Positions 25,095-36,057 of a stretch of DNA of 64,000 nt are shown here, piece after piece; the stretch's first letter is position 1; each line of letters starts with the position of its first letter. Source of the stretch: a virus. The stretch is taken from positions 19,040 through 83,039 of IMG/VR virus record IMGVR_UViG_3300032397_000008. One strand, written 5' to 3'. The notes below the pieces were generated by a model that was given only the letters and a program-made list of their open reading frames with translations, made no database searches and had not been told where the DNA came from. Position numbers and translations under genes: made by a program.

Positions 25095-26375
25095 GTGAGA
25101 CCTGATAGCCAAATTGTTGCGGAGTCTGTGAACTTAGAAAAAAACGAGCCTTCCGAACGATACGGAAGGCTCGTTGTTGTTTCCAGGTCGAAAGGTAAAG
25201 CTACTTGCCGTTGTGATTGTGGGCAGGTCAAAGAAGTCAATTATTACGCTATGCGGCATGGGTCTCCTAAAAGTTGTGGATGTATTCGACGGGAAATTAC
25301 GTCTAAAGTCAACTTAATCCTAATATCGGTGGGAGAAAAGTTTGGAAAGCTCGTGGTAGTTGAGTACAACGGCAAGAGGTGCCTGTGCCAGTGCGAGTGT
25401 GGCAGAAAGTCAGTAGTAATGTCTACCAAGCTTCGAACCGGTAAAACTAGAAGCTGTGGGTGCCTTCGGGAGATGAACAATAAGGATACTGCGGCTATCA
25501 TAGCACCTGGGTCAGTGTTCAACAGATTAACTTTGATGTCTCAGGATGGAGCGTTTGGCACGTTTAAGTGTGAGTGTGGTAACGAGATTACGGTTAAAAC
25601 GATTAAGGTTAGAAGCGGCCATACAAAAAGCTGCGGGTGCTTAGTGGTTGATCACGCTGTGCAAATGTCAAAAGACAAAGTGCGGCCGTACGGTGAAACA
25701 GCTTTTAATGGGGTTTTCGCTCAATATGTCTGCAATGCTAAATCCAGAGGAGTTGAATTCAAACTCAGCAAAGATGATGTAAAGCTTATCGTGGGTAAGC
25801 CGTGTTATTATTGCGGGTTGCCTCCTTCTAATGTAAAGATAGTAAAAAGTAGTATTGGAAAATGTGTTTACAGCGGGATAGATCGAGTTAACTCATCAGA
25901 CGGGTACACACATGAAAATGTAGTACCCTGTTGCATACGGTGTAATAACGCAAAGTATGACCTTTCCGAGGAAGAGTTACTCTTGTACTTAAAAAGACTT
26001 CGCAGTTATACTGTACCAAACGAAACAGTGTACTCGAAGGTCTTGATAGAAGGTTTAGCAGAGCTTGAACGTGATTACGCAACGTACAAAAGTGCTGTTA
26101 TTCATAAAGGGCGAAAATTTGAAATAGAGTTTGAAAAATTTAGGCAAATAGTGTCATCAAACTGTCACTACTGCGGTGTTTCGCCCGGTTCAATACCTAA
26201 AAAAAGCACCGCTACTTATGCTCGTAATGGCATAGACAGAGTAGACAGTGGCATCGGCTACATTACAGGGAATATGGTCCCTTGCTGCTGGATGTGCAAT
26301 CGAGCAAAATCAGATTCCATCTACGAAGACTTTATACGGTGGATAGACTTTTTGAAAAAGCCAAAGGCGCTCTAG
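25095..26375 (+). CDS. Homing-type HNH nuclease with three CxC-CG..SCGC repeats and two nuclease domains
   Basis: Twice C.YCG...GIDRV.S..GY...N.VPCC..CN.AK. Confidence 0.8.
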   Translation: MRPDSQIVAESVNLEKNEPSERYGRLVVVSRSKGKATCRCDCGQVKEVNYYAMRHGSPKSCGCIRREITSKVNLILISVGEKFGKLVVVEYNGKRCLCQCECGRKSVVMSTKLRTGKTRSCGCLREMNNKDTAAIIAPGSVFNRLTLMSQDGAFGTFKCECGNEITVKTIKVRSGHTKSCGCLVVDHAVQMSKDKVRPYGETAFNGVFAQYVCNAKSRGVEFKLSKDDVKLIVGKPCYYCGLPPSNVKIVKSSIGKCVYSGIDRVNSSDGYTHENVVPCCIRCNNAKYDLSEEELLLYLKRLRSYTVPNETVYSKVLIEGLAELERDYATYKSAVIHKGRKFEIEFEKFRQIVSSNCHYCGVSPGSIPKKSTATYARNGIDRVDSGIGYITGNMVPCCWMCNRAKSDSIYEDFIRWIDFLKKPKAL

Positions 26376-26397
26376 GCTCGTAACTTGTAGTTAAAGC

Positions 26398-27189
26398 ATG
26401 AGCGCAGGTGCCGTAAGTAGCCAATCTTCTGCCCCGAACATATTTGGGACTGCCAACTCACCCGACAACCTTCCGCAGGGAGGGCGATCCGGTGGGGGGT
26501 ATACAACGGATCAGTTGATTCAATACATCCGTCGGCAACTTGGAGAGCCTGTGTGGGTTGTTGAACTCACCAATCAACAGATTGCTGATAATATCAACGA
26601 TGCTCTTCAGATGTTTTCGCTCTATGTCCCGTTAGAGCGAGTTGGAAATTTATTGTTGGTTCGTGGTCAGTTTAAGTATCTGGAAGGCATAGACATAGGG
26701 CAGGGAATTACAAACGTAAGTTTCCTAGAACCGAACCCAATTCCTACAGAAATTTTTTACGGCAATTTGATAAATCCTGCACCTTTGTTTCGTGTTGGTA
26801 TCGACGAGTACGATAGTTTTCTACGGTGGCGTAAAGTGTGGCAGAGGGTCACCAGCGTAAGACCAGACTGGTACTACGACGATTACGAGAAGGCGCTCTA
26901 CATTCACAATCCTATCGAGCGATATCAAGCAGCAATTTGGGCGTTTTTCAACTGGACGGATTTGGTCAAGGTGCCGGCGGTAGGTGCGAATTGGATTCGT
27001 CGTTACTCTCTGGAAAGGTCCCGTTATCAGTACGGTGATCTATTGATGAAATACTCAGGAGCCATTCCTGCTCCGGCAAAGGACATGGCGCTTGACAGTG
27101 CGAAACGTGCGGAAGCAGAAAAGCGAATCGACAAGCTGGAAGAGGAGTTGAAAGGAATGCAGTCCGCCACCGCTATCAGTATTGACTGA
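26398..27189 (+). CDS. Neck / head-tail adaptor (T4 gp13-like)
   Basis: LIQYIRRQLGEPVWVVELTNQQIADNINDAL; RYQYG..L.KYSG. Confidence 0.75.
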   Translation: MSAGAVSSQSSAPNIFGTANSPDNLPQGGRSGGGYTTDQLIQYIRRQLGEPVWVVELTNQQIADNINDALQMFSLYVPLERVGNLLLVRGQFKYLEGIDIGQGITNVSFLEPNPIPTEIFYGNLINPAPLFRVGIDEYDSFLRWRKVWQRVTSVRPDWYYDDYEKALYIHNPIERYQAAIWAFFNWTDLVKVPAVGANWIRRYSLERSRYQYGDLLMKYSGAIPAPAKDMALDSAKRAEAEKRIDKLEEELKGMQSATAISID

Positions 27190-27198
27190 TCCAAACTT

Positions 27199-28134
27199 TC
27201 ATGCTGTTTTCAATCGACTAAGATAGTCGCAGTAGGCAAACTTCAATCCAGTTTTCAGGTCCATCAGTGGCTTCCACCCCATCGCCTTTATGCGGCTACT
27301 GTTCAATAGTTTTTTGGGTGTGCCGGCGGGTCTGTGGGTGTCGAAGAACAACCTATTAGGATCGATTCCAACGGTATTGGCGACCATGTAGGAGAGTTCG
27401 AGCATGTCGATATCTTCTCCATATCCCACGTTGATCCAGCTGTCTTCATCGTAAAACTGCATCAACGTGACCAGCGCCCGGGATAGGTCGTCTACGTAGA
27501 GGAATTCTCTTCGGGTGTCCTGAGCGCCCCATACCATGATTGGCTTGTCATTGCTCTTCTCCGTGTGGAATCGGTGAATCAGGGCGGGGATAACGTGCGA
27601 TTCCTTAGGGTTATAGTTGTCTCCCGGTCCGTAAAGATTAGTGGGTATGGCGCTGATGAAGTTTTTATTGTACTGCCGGCGATATGCTTGGCACAGTTTC
27701 AATCCGGTGATCTTAGCAAGAGCGTACCATTCGTTGGTTGGTTCCAGAGGACCGGTCAGCAGGCATGACTCAGACATCGGCTGAGGCGCTAATTTCGGGT
27801 AAATGCAAGATGATCCCAGGAAGAGTAGTTTAGTCACACCAAATTCAACTGCTGCTTGAATGACAGCGTTTTGAATTTGCATGTTGGTTAGGAGAAAGTC
27901 TACGGGCCTGGAGTCGTTGGCTTCAATGCCACCGACAACCGCTGCGGCCATGAACACGTAGCTGGGACGATAGCGGTAGAAGAATTCTCGGACTTGATCC
28001 ACGTTCGATAGGTTCAGTTCCCCTCGGTGACGTGTTTCAACGTGTGTGAATCCAGCGGAGTGAAGTTCTCGAATTATGGACGATCCTACCATGCCAAATC
28101 CGCCTGCTACGAATATGTTGTCCATCGGGTTCAT
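27199..28134 (-). CDS. fcl: GDP-L-fucose synthase
   Basis: [36 protein letters not shown]. Confidence 0.93.
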   Translation of the reverse strand: MNPMDNIFVAGGFGMVGSSIIRELHSAGFTHVETRHRGELNLSNVDQVREFFYRYRPSYVFMAAAVVGGIEANDSRPVDFLLTNMQIQNAVIQAAVEFGVTKLLFLGSSCIYPKLAPQPMSESCLLTGPLEPTNEWYALAKITGLKLCQAYRRQYNKNFISAIPTNLYGPGDNYNPKESHVIPALIHRFHTEKSNDKPIMVWGAQDTRREFLYVDDLSRALVTLMQFYDEDSWINVGYGEDIDMLELSYMVANTVGIDPNRLFFDTHRPAGTPKKLLNSSRIKAMGWKPLMDLKTGLKFAYCDYLSRLKTA

Positions 28135-29129
28135 ACTGACTGGAGGTCTGCTTCTACCATCATTGCAACGAGGTCGGTAAAAGTCACTGTGGGTTTCCAT
28201 CCAAGTATCGTTCTGGCTTTGGACGAATCACCGATCAATATGTCTACTTCTGCTGGTCTTAGATAGTGGGTATCGTGCATAATGTGTTTTTTCCAGTCGA
28301 GCTTAGCGTAGGAAAAAGCGGCCTCCACAAATTCTTGAACGCTATGGGCTTCTCCCGTTGCTATCACATAATCGTCAGGTTTGTCTTGCTGAAGCATCAT
28401 CCACATGGCTTCTACATAGTCTTTGGCGTACCCCCAGTCTCTTTTGGAGTTCAGGTTGCCCAAGTAGAGTAAGCGTTGTTTTCCTTTTGCAATTTTGGCG
28501 ACCGCACAGGTGATTTTACGGGTCACGAATGTCTCGTTGCGTCTTGGGCTTTCGTGGTTGAATAGGATACCATTGCTAGCGTGCAGTCCGTAAGACTCTC
28601 GGTAGTTCACCGTAATCCAGTAGGCGTAGGCTTTGGCACACCCGTAGGGAGATCGGGGATGAAATGGAGTTTTTTCGTCTATAATGGTGTTTCCATGGTA
28701 AAGTCCGCCAAACATTTCGCTTGAGGATGCTTGGTAGTAGCGGATGGCAGGGTTCACCACTTTGACAGCTTCCAGCAGATTAGTTGCGCCTAGGCCAGTA
28801 ACTTGGCCAGTGTAGACTGGTGTGTCGAATGACACTCGTACATGTGATTGCGCCCCAAGGTTGTAAACTTCGGTGGGCTGGAGCTTGTAAATAAGTCCGG
28901 CGAGCGACAGTCCGTCGGTCAAGTCACTGTAATGCAGGTGAAGATGGGTGTCCGGATTGTGAGGGTCTAGGTAGATGTGGTCGATCCTACCCGTGTTGAA
29001 CGTACTACTTTTGCGGATTAGTCCATGAACTTCGTACCCTTTAGAAAGGAGTAACTCGGCCAAATACGAACCGTCCTGGCCGGTGATTCCAGTTATGAGG
29101 GCGGTTGGGGTGTTCATTTCAAATCGCAA
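28131..29129 (-). CDS. gmd: GDP-mannose 4,6-dehydratase
   Basis: [40 protein letters not shown]. Confidence 0.96.
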   Translation of the reverse strand: MRFEMNTPTALITGITGQDGSYLAELLLSKGYEVHGLIRKSSTFNTGRIDHIYLDPHNPDTHLHLHYSDLTDGLSLAGLIYKLQPTEVYNLGAQSHVRVSFDTPVYTGQVTGLGATNLLEAVKVVNPAIRYYQASSSEMFGGLYHGNTIIDEKTPFHPRSPYGCAKAYAYWITVNYRESYGLHASNGILFNHESPRRNETFVTRKITCAVAKIAKGKQRLLYLGNLNSKRDWGYAKDYVEAMWMMLQQDKPDDYVIATGEAHSVQEFVEAAFSYAKLDWKKHIMHDTHYLRPAEVDILIGDSSKARTILGWKPTVTFTDLVAMMVEADLQSV

Positions 29130-29368
29130 CTTACGAGTCTGATCTCGTTATTGCTTATACGTTTAGCAAAAACGCCCAGACGTGATCCATACGGAACCAC
29201 GCTAGCTTCATCGAAAAGGAAACACTTGATAGGAATTTCCCCGAGGTGTGTGTTAAGGGCGTTAGTCGCCCCGAGGGCTACTAACGCAGCCGGTGCTGCT
29301 ACGATCTCTTTCGGGCTCTCCCCGTGCCGCTGTTCATACTGTTCCAGCATGCGTCTTAGAGTTGTCAT
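29114..29368 (-). CDS. Hypothetical protein
   Basis: Coupled ORF. Confidence 0.55.
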   Translation of the reverse strand: MTTLRRMLEQYEQRHGESPKEIVAAPAALVALGATNALNTHLGEIPIKCFLFDEASVVPYGSRLGVFAKRISNNEIRLVSCDLK

Positions 29369-29537
29369 AATTCTTGAGTTCTTCTAGCATACCGGCTGTG
29401 TGTCGGGAGTACTGATCCAGCAGACGTTGTTGCTCCTGAATGATGCTTGCCAAACCCAGAACCAATGAAGTTAGATTTGACAAGCGTAGGTGTTCTGTGG
29501 TAATTTGCGCTTGATTCTTAAGGATCACTGAGTCCAT
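29334..29537 (-). CDS. Hypothetical protein
   Basis: Coupled ORF. Confidence 0.5.
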   Translation of the reverse strand: MDSVILKNQAQITTEHLRLSNLTSLVLGLASIIQEQQRLLDQYSRHTAGMLEELKNYDNSKTHAGTV

Positions 29538-29569
29538 AGTTTTGCCGTTCTATAACATAAGAACTGAAT

Positions 29570-31216
29570 ATGAGTGTACCGACATTTTCCCTGGCATATA
29601 CTTCTGTCCGCGCTAATGACATCGTCCGAGTAGTGACCCTGTGGCGTGAGCGTGCAGAGACACCGTCCGACATCGAAGTCGTTATTGCGGTAGACGTAGG
29701 GAACGAGGAGTGCCTTAAGGTAGCACAATCTGTGATAGGTGCAAAGGTTGTCATACAGAAGGACATTCCATTTAACTGTGTAAAAGGCTGGAACCTGGCA
29801 GCAGCTCACACTACAGGTAAGGTGATCATCGCCATCGCAGATGATTTTAACCCTCCGAACGGGTGGGATCAGCTTCTCAAGAATCTGCCTCAGACTGGGT
29901 GGATGGAAAGCCCCCATGTGGTGCACGTTGAAGATGGATATGTTCACAACATCTTCGTACTTGCTATTTTGACCAGAAAGCGGTACGAGCAGTTTGGGTA
30001 CGTTTTCTATCCGGCGTACGAGAGCATGTTCAGTGACACTGAATTCACCGAAGTTGCTTACCGTGATAGTGTTGTGATTCCAGCGACAAATCTTCTGTTT
30101 GAACACATTCACTGTGACTGTGGCAAACGGGTGAGGGATATTTATGATAAAGAACATTCAAGCAAAGATCGGTGGAATCGTGGAGAGATGTTGTTCAACT
30201 ATCGTAAGGACCTGGGATTCCCCCTAGACGCTGGTCCGATGGCTGACAAGGGTGGCGATACACAAACGTGTTCACATCCAAAACCGTCTACAGTTGTTGA
30301 AGGTGAGGAGATCAAGGAAAATGTCTACGTTGCTTATATCCAAGCAACCCGTGACGACATCTGCTTAAATGAAGTCATTGACCGTTTATTCGATGAGGGT
30401 GTTCGTCATTTCTTCTTTTGCATTCCTGATGAATACTGGAGTGGCAAGTCAACCCCGCAGACAGAGATGGATGAAGTGAAATTTGCTGCTGCTCGTATCG
30501 AGAAAAAAGGAGCCAAAGTGCGGGTTAAAGTTTTCGTAGTGGCAGATTACCGATATCCTGGAGAGACCCGTATCGAGACTGAAACCCGTGTTCGAAACGA
30601 TTCTTTGAATTGGATCAGAGGAGAAGGGTACTATCGTATTTTGATCGTTGATAGCGATGAACTTTGGAAAAGGGGCACGCTCAATCAAATCAAAGACCGC
30701 GTGAAACAGCATAATCCGTCGGCGATCAGTTTGCCGATGGTTCCGGTAATCGGTTTGCCTGGATATCCGGTTGACAACGCTCAGGACCGGGTTACCTCCT
30801 ATGTGGGCGGGTACACCATCTTCCGCGATTGTAGGACACCGGTCAATCAACCTGAGTATATTGACTCTACCGTTGTGTATCATCTTACCGGCACTCGGCG
30901 CACGATGGAGGAAATCATCGAGAAGCATCGTCAGTCAGGTCATTACGACGATCCTGAATACCTGTTCGAAGAGTGGATTCATCAGGTGCTGCCCAATATC
31001 AAGCCTGGATTCGTTCATACGTGGCCTAACGGCATTACGGGACTACACATGTTTACGGGTTACCAGATTTGGAAGTCGGTGAGGAATTGGTCGGTAGAGG
31101 AGTGGGTGGACATTCCGGAGACTATGCGCCAGTACTTTGGTTTACCGCACGAGGGTGTTGAGAAAACGACTTCAGTTATGTCTCAGCATGCGCAGAAATT
31201 TCAGGTTTACCGGTGA
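29570..31216 (+). CDS. Two-domain GT-A (family 2-like) glycosyltransferase
   Basis: GWNLAA...IADD...DTEF; second domain RNDSL...IVDSDE. Confidence 0.75.
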   Translation: MSVPTFSLAYTSVRANDIVRVVTLWRERAETPSDIEVVIAVDVGNEECLKVAQSVIGAKVVIQKDIPFNCVKGWNLAAAHTTGKVIIAIADDFNPPNGWDQLLKNLPQTGWMESPHVVHVEDGYVHNIFVLAILTRKRYEQFGYVFYPAYESMFSDTEFTEVAYRDSVVIPATNLLFEHIHCDCGKRVRDIYDKEHSSKDRWNRGEMLFNYRKDLGFPLDAGPMADKGGDTQTCSHPKPSTVVEGEEIKENVYVAYIQATRDDICLNEVIDRLFDEGVRHFFFCIPDEYWSGKSTPQTEMDEVKFAAARIEKKGAKVRVKVFVVADYRYPGETRIETETRVRNDSLNWIRGEGYYRILIVDSDELWKRGTLNQIKDRVKQHNPSAISLPMVPVIGLPGYPVDNAQDRVTSYVGGYTIFRDCRTPVNQPEYIDSTVVYHLTGTRRTMEEIIEKHRQSGHYDDPEYLFEEWIHQVLPNIKPGFVHTWPNGITGLHMFTGYQIWKSVRNWSVEEWVDIPETMRQYFGLPHEGVEKTTSVMSQHAQKFQVYR

Positions 31217-31602
31217 GTTTATATGAATATGAGGTTTTGGATTACCTGTTTCACCGTTACGGTGAGAAGGTTCAGTACTGGCGCATGATCAATGAAATCG
31301 CCGAACAGTTTCAGGGCAACCATCCTCACCGAAGTGTTCGCATTGAAATTAAAAACCAGATTCTAATGGCGCTTACTTCTCTTTGTAGACAAAAGAAAGT
31401 CAGACGCTATTGGTTTAGTAGACGGCCACAGCTAATACGCATTTCAGAAATTGAGTTCTCTAAGATGCAAGATAAAAAGAGATATGGACAAGCAACCCAA
31501 CACTCCACAGTACATCATTGCCACGGTCAACCAACCCGTTCTCTATGCCCGATCGGACAACGAAACGTGGCAGCTCAACCCGCCCCGTCGTTATATTTTT
31601 AA
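31213..31602 (+). CDS. Hypothetical protein
   Basis: Coupled ORF. Confidence 0.45.
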   Translation: MSLYEYEVLDYLFHRYGEKVQYWRMINEIAEQFQGNHPHRSVRIEIKNQILMALTSLCRQKKVRRYWFSRRPQLIRISEIEFSKMQDKKRYGQATQHSTVHHCHGQPTRSLCPIGQRNVAAQPAPSLYF

Positions 31603-32740
31603 CGCCAACCAGGTGGACTCCTTGCGCCCGTACATTGAGTCTTCATCCGACTTGACTTGTGCAGCGAACTATCGACCTTTACGAACTCCATGTAAACTAT
31701 CGGGAGCGAAAATCTTGGTAGAAAGGTACCGAGAACGGGGTCTCGGTGATCTCTTGTTCCTAACCGGTCCTCTTCAGTACTTGCGACATGTGACCGGGAA
31801 CGACTTACATGTAGACTTCTACGCGTTATCTGATCGTGGTCAGGTGCTGTCCTACAATCCGGCGCTGAAGTATGGAACTGTGCTGACGGGGCCGTTACAC
31901 TACGACGATCTCCAATTCTACGCCTACCATTGGTTGGTTGACACTGTGACTGAATGTGACGAAGAGCAGGATCAGGTGAACGTGTATGACGCCCTTTATC
32001 GACAGTTGAACGTTGACCCGGCAACTGTTCCGATCCAGTTTAAGCGCCCCTACGCTTATCTGGACGAAAAGGAATCCAAGGACCTGGAACAGTTCATGTA
32101 TTTCGTTTGGATGGAGCGGAAGATCGACCTGCGCAAGACAGGATATTACGTCGTTGCGCCCTTCGCTGTATCGTCCAGCAGGTCTCTCAAATATGGTACG
32201 TGGTTAGAGGTAATTCACAAGCTGGCGAAGATTCGTCCGGTGGTGATTGTAGGTATGATTACTGAACGAATGCCGTCTACAGACATGACCGTTGGTGAAT
32301 TTTTCCAAGCTCTCGGACACGCTGAAGGCCCGGTTATCAACGCTATCGGAATTACCCCGGTTCGGCTGCTGATGTCCATTATTTCTAAGGCTACCGGGCT
32401 GCTAGGTCTCGACTCGGGACCGTTTTACATCGCTCAGGCGTTTAGGGTCCCAGCAATCTCTGTGTGGGGAACACATGCTCCTTTGGTGAGGATTGGGTAT
32501 GACAAAGACTATATGGACTTGGCAATCTGGAATATCTTAGAGTGCCGCCATGCGCCTTGTTTCTCTTGGGGCGGGTTTCCTGTCCATAAATGCCCTTATG
32601 GCACGAATCAAACTGTTTGTCAGTGTTTGTCTACAGTTTCCGTGGATATGATCATGGAGAAAGTAGACATGATTGAGTCATCCCGTAAGATGCTTCCACC
32701 AGTTCAACCTGGAAATGCCAATGAAAAATGTCCTGCCTAA
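31484..32740 (+). CDS. GT9 (heptosyltransferase-like) glycosyltransferase
   Basis: RGLGDLL; GLDSGPFYIAQAFRVPAISVWG; C..APC. Confidence 0.8.
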   Translation: MDKQPNTPQYIIATVNQPVLYARSDNETWQLNPPRRYIFNANQVDSLRPYIESSSDLTCAANYRPLRTPCKLSGAKILVERYRERGLGDLLFLTGPLQYLRHVTGNDLHVDFYALSDRGQVLSYNPALKYGTVLTGPLHYDDLQFYAYHWLVDTVTECDEEQDQVNVYDALYRQLNVDPATVPIQFKRPYAYLDEKESKDLEQFMYFVWMERKIDLRKTGYYVVAPFAVSSSRSLKYGTWLEVIHKLAKIRPVVIVGMITERMPSTDMTVGEFFQALGHAEGPVINAIGITPVRLLMSIISKATGLLGLDSGPFYIAQAFRVPAISVWGTHAPLVRIGYDKDYMDLAIWNILECRHAPCFSWGGFPVHKCPYGTNQTVCQCLSTVSVDMIMEKVDMIESSRKMLPPVQPGNANEKCPA

Positions 32741-33203
32741 ACTTGATCCTGTGTCGTGGGGTGGTGATTTTACGCTTGACTTGGATTACTATCTGGGGCA
32801 TGATTACCTGGATATTGCGGAAGCTTGCACGGAGTTGCCTGCTGTGATTGAATGGGTTAATGAGCGGCTTCAGAGAGTTACTGAAGATAGGTTGAGGATC
32901 AAATCCAAAATCAAGCGGATGGAAGCTAAAGCATATTTTCGACTGAAAGATGGAGGTTATGAGGCGGATGGATATGCTGGCAAAGCAACTAATGAGGCTC
33001 TGGAGAGGGCGATTTCTCTCAATCCAGAAGTGCAAAAAGAAGAAGATGAATTTGCCGTTCTCAGTGGATGGCATGTGCGCCTGGTTAATCTAATAACCTC
33101 GCTACAAAGTAAGCTGGATTTGACCCGGTCGGTCGAGTCTACACGGCGCAGGTTGGTTGAAGACAGTCAAACTAAAGGAAACAAACAAAACTATGATGAG
33201 TGA
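32721..33203 (+). CDS. UvsY-like recombination mediator (tentative)
   Basis: Helical protein directly upstream of the SSB and RecA genes. Confidence 0.45.
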   Translation: MKNVLPKLDPVSWGGDFTLDLDYYLGHDYLDIAEACTELPAVIEWVNERLQRVTEDRLRIKSKIKRMEAKAYFRLKDGGYEADGYAGKATNEALERAISLNPEVQKEEDEFAVLSGWHVRLVNLITSLQSKLDLTRSVESTRRRLVEDSQTKGNKQNYDE

Positions 33204-34632
33204 CATCGGACCGGAATATCTGGCAGACCTTGAGAGCGAGCGTCAGTTCGCAACCCAGGGCAATCGTGCTCGACGAGTGAAGTTGGAAAAGGGACACGCT
33301 GTACTGGCGCGATTTCTTCCCTTTCCTATGGGTCCTAACCGACGCCCGTACGCTCGTATCGCCAATCACTGGGTTAACATGAAACCTCATGTGTGCCCCC
33401 GGGATACGCACGTTGATTGGGGTGGCAATCCAGAAGCATTTTGCCCGATTTGTGAGATTGCCAATCATCTGTACGACCATGCGCCCACCGACGAGATTCG
33501 AGATGCGGCTTACAAGATCAAGGCTAACCCACAGTGGTTGATGTGGTGTTTAGTGCTTGCTAAAGACGATGCTCGAAGCGAGGTGGAGTATATCGAGCCG
33601 CCCGAGTTGTGGAAACCTTGGGAATTTCAGGTTTCTAAAACTTCCTGGGATGAGTTAAGTGTTATGATGCGACGGGCTGCTGCTCGTGGTGCGGACCTTC
33701 TGGATGTCGAGACGGGAACTAACGTTTGGGTGTCTCGCAATAAGAAGGGATATCGGCTTGACCGTGATGAAACGGGTCCGTCTAGCATCATCCGTCCGGG
33801 CGAGAACTTTGACGAGATTATAGCTAAGGTGTGGACGGGATGCAAAGAACCGGTCGTGAATATCGAGAGTGAGGACAAACTCGCAATCGTGGCAGAGAAG
33901 ATTCGGGATCAATTTGCGAGTGGAAACTATGAGTCCCGTGATCGTGGCGAGCGTAATCGTGGCGGACGGGTCGACGAAGACGATAGTGGTCGTTCTCATC
34001 GGGCTCGTTTCAACGACGATGACGATGATGATCGTGGATCGCATCGGAATCGTAGCGATAACGATAGTCGTACATCACCTCGCAAACAAAAAACTGAAGA
34101 GGACGATGTACGCTATGATGATCCACCTGCCATTCCGTTGCAGCATCGTGCTTCATTGGTGCTTCCTCCTCCTCCTCGTAGGACCTCTGCGCCGGCTCCG
34201 ATTGGCGAAACTGACTCCAGTGCGCCACGAAGTAACACAGCTGGACCTCCTTTGCGGAGATTTCCGCCACCCACTTCGTCATTACCGTTACCCAGGGCTT
34301 CGGCACCGTCGGCACCCCGCCGGGCAGCACCTCCTCCTCCTCCCCCTCCTAGCCGAGGTGAGGGTGCGAGTCCAACTCGTTTGCCTGTAAAGTCTGCTAA
34401 TCCTTCGGAGACGGCACCTATCGGCGAAGGCAGTATTGACGAGAGCGAGGAAACCATACCTGAAGAGAGGCGTGATCCAGCTCCACCCGCCGAGGCACCT
34501 CTTTCTGAAGGACAAGACGGACAAGACGGGCAATCAGAAGCGACACTAACTCCTCCTCAGTCTCCTTCTCGTAAGGGACTTGACGCAGCTATTCGGGGAC
34601 GCCTCGTTAACCTTAGAGAGCGAAAGCAATAA
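33193..34632 (+). CDS. gp32-like ssDNA-binding protein with long disordered tail
   Basis: RFLP...H....C...CPICE. Confidence 0.7.
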   Translation: MMSDIGPEYLADLESERQFATQGNRARRVKLEKGHAVLARFLPFPMGPNRRPYARIANHWVNMKPHVCPRDTHVDWGGNPEAFCPICEIANHLYDHAPTDEIRDAAYKIKANPQWLMWCLVLAKDDARSEVEYIEPPELWKPWEFQVSKTSWDELSVMMRRAAARGADLLDVETGTNVWVSRNKKGYRLDRDETGPSSIIRPGENFDEIIAKVWTGCKEPVVNIESEDKLAIVAEKIRDQFASGNYESRDRGERNRGGRVDEDDSGRSHRARFNDDDDDDRGSHRNRSDNDSRTSPRKQKTEEDDVRYDDPPAIPLQHRASLVLPPPPRRTSAPAPIGETDSSAPRSNTAGPPLRRFPPPTSSLPLPRASAPSAPRRAAPPPPPPPSRGEGASPTRLPVKSANPSETAPIGEGSIDESEETIPEERRDPAPPAEAPLSEGQDGQDGQSEATLTPPQSPSRKGLDAAIRGRLVNLRERKQ

Positions 34633-34638
34633 TTCAAT

Positions 34639-36054
34639 ATGGCACCATCAAAGAAGAAGGAATTTCTGACTCTAACTCAGAAGATTGCCGCCAAACTGAA
34701 GAAGGGCATGCCCGACAACGACGATGGTGCCTACTACGAACTTGCTATCGCCCACGAGCAAGTCTTGTCCACTATCAAGTACGTGATCAAGATTGGTAAC
34801 CAACCCTTCGACGATGAGGCAGGCGGTATGCCTTTCGGTCGGGTGGTGGAACTGTTTGGCTTGGACTCCTGTGGTAAGTCTGCGATGGTGATTCGGACCG
34901 CATGTCGAGCTATTGGAGGTCATATTTACCGACGCGTTCGTGTGGGCAACAGCTACACTGAAGAGAAGCTTGATCCGAGTGAATATGAGCTGTCGATCCT
35001 TTATTTGGACAATGAATCGTCTCTGGATGATCCATCCAAGATGACTGTAGACGGGGTTACCTTGTCTACAGATAATGCTAACATCGGGCGGTGTAACACT
35101 GTCGAATTGATGTTCAAAGAGGTTGACCTGGCCGTGCAAGTCCTCAAAGAAGAGACTGATCATGAAAATAAAGCAGCGGAAGAAGAAGGACGAACGTCCA
35201 AACTGTACTTTCTGCTGGTAGTTATCGACACCATCGCTGCCACTTCCTCTAAAGAGGAACTGGGGCGAGAATGGGGTAAGGATGATTACTCTCGTCAAGC
35301 GAAACAGCTCCGGGAAGGATTCCGCAAGATGATTCAGGATATTTCCCGGTATAACGTGTGCATGATTTGCACGAATCAGGTCAGTGATAACATCAAAGAC
35401 GCTGGTGAAAGATCCAAGCGAAAGTGGCAAGGTCCTATGTACGAAGACTTCGTGGCGTTCGGTGGCAAGGCCCTGCGCTATTATGCTACATTCCGGATAT
35501 TTGTGCACGCCTTGAAGACCAAGTACACTTTGGTAAGAGGTTCTCAGTTCCCGGATGGGCTCTGTATCGGATTCATAACGGTTAAGAATCGCATGAGAAA
35601 GCCTTTGCGGGAGGGACGCATGGTACTGTTGTTCGACGAAGTCAACGGTGGATTGAACAACACCATGTCGATACTGGAATCATTGCTTTTCTTAGGGCTA
35701 GCAGAGTACGGTGACGATGGTGAGTTTATCTTCAAGTGTAAGTCAAACGGTGTGCTACTTACAACTTTCCCTGACATCCCACAAGAGAGCTTGGAAGACC
35801 AGGACCGGGGTGCCAGGAAGGGTAGGCGGGGTGGGTACAAAGACCCTCGTATCTATGAACGCTATGAGTGGCCAAAGTTCTACCAAGAGCACAAGACGGA
35901 TATGGATGCTCTATGGAAGAAAGCAGTGGATTACGCGTTTTCAACGACCGGAGAGGGGTGCGGTGCTGTTCAGCGAGAGTCAGAAGTAGTTACAGCCCTT
36001 GAAATGATTGAATTGAAAGAAACGGATCAACAACAACAACCACAACCAACATAA
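34639..36054 (+). CDS. recA: RecA/UvsX-like recombinase
   Basis: GGMPFGRVVELFGLDSCGKS; VIDTIA; TNQV; GGKALRYYA. Confidence 0.88.
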   Translation: MAPSKKKEFLTLTQKIAAKLKKGMPDNDDGAYYELAIAHEQVLSTIKYVIKIGNQPFDDEAGGMPFGRVVELFGLDSCGKSAMVIRTACRAIGGHIYRRVRVGNSYTEEKLDPSEYELSILYLDNESSLDDPSKMTVDGVTLSTDNANIGRCNTVELMFKEVDLAVQVLKEETDHENKAAEEEGRTSKLYFLLVVIDTIAATSSKEELGREWGKDDYSRQAKQLREGFRKMIQDISRYNVCMICTNQVSDNIKDAGERSKRKWQGPMYEDFVAFGGKALRYYATFRIFVHALKTKYTLVRGSQFPDGLCIGFITVKNRMRKPLREGRMVLLFDEVNGGLNNTMSILESLLFLGLAEYGDDGEFIFKCKSNGVLLTTFPDIPQESLEDQDRGARKGRRGGYKDPRIYERYEWPKFYQEHKTDMDALWKKAVDYAFSTTGEGCGAVQRESEVVTALEMIELKETDQQQQPQPT

Positions 36055-36057
36055 CCT

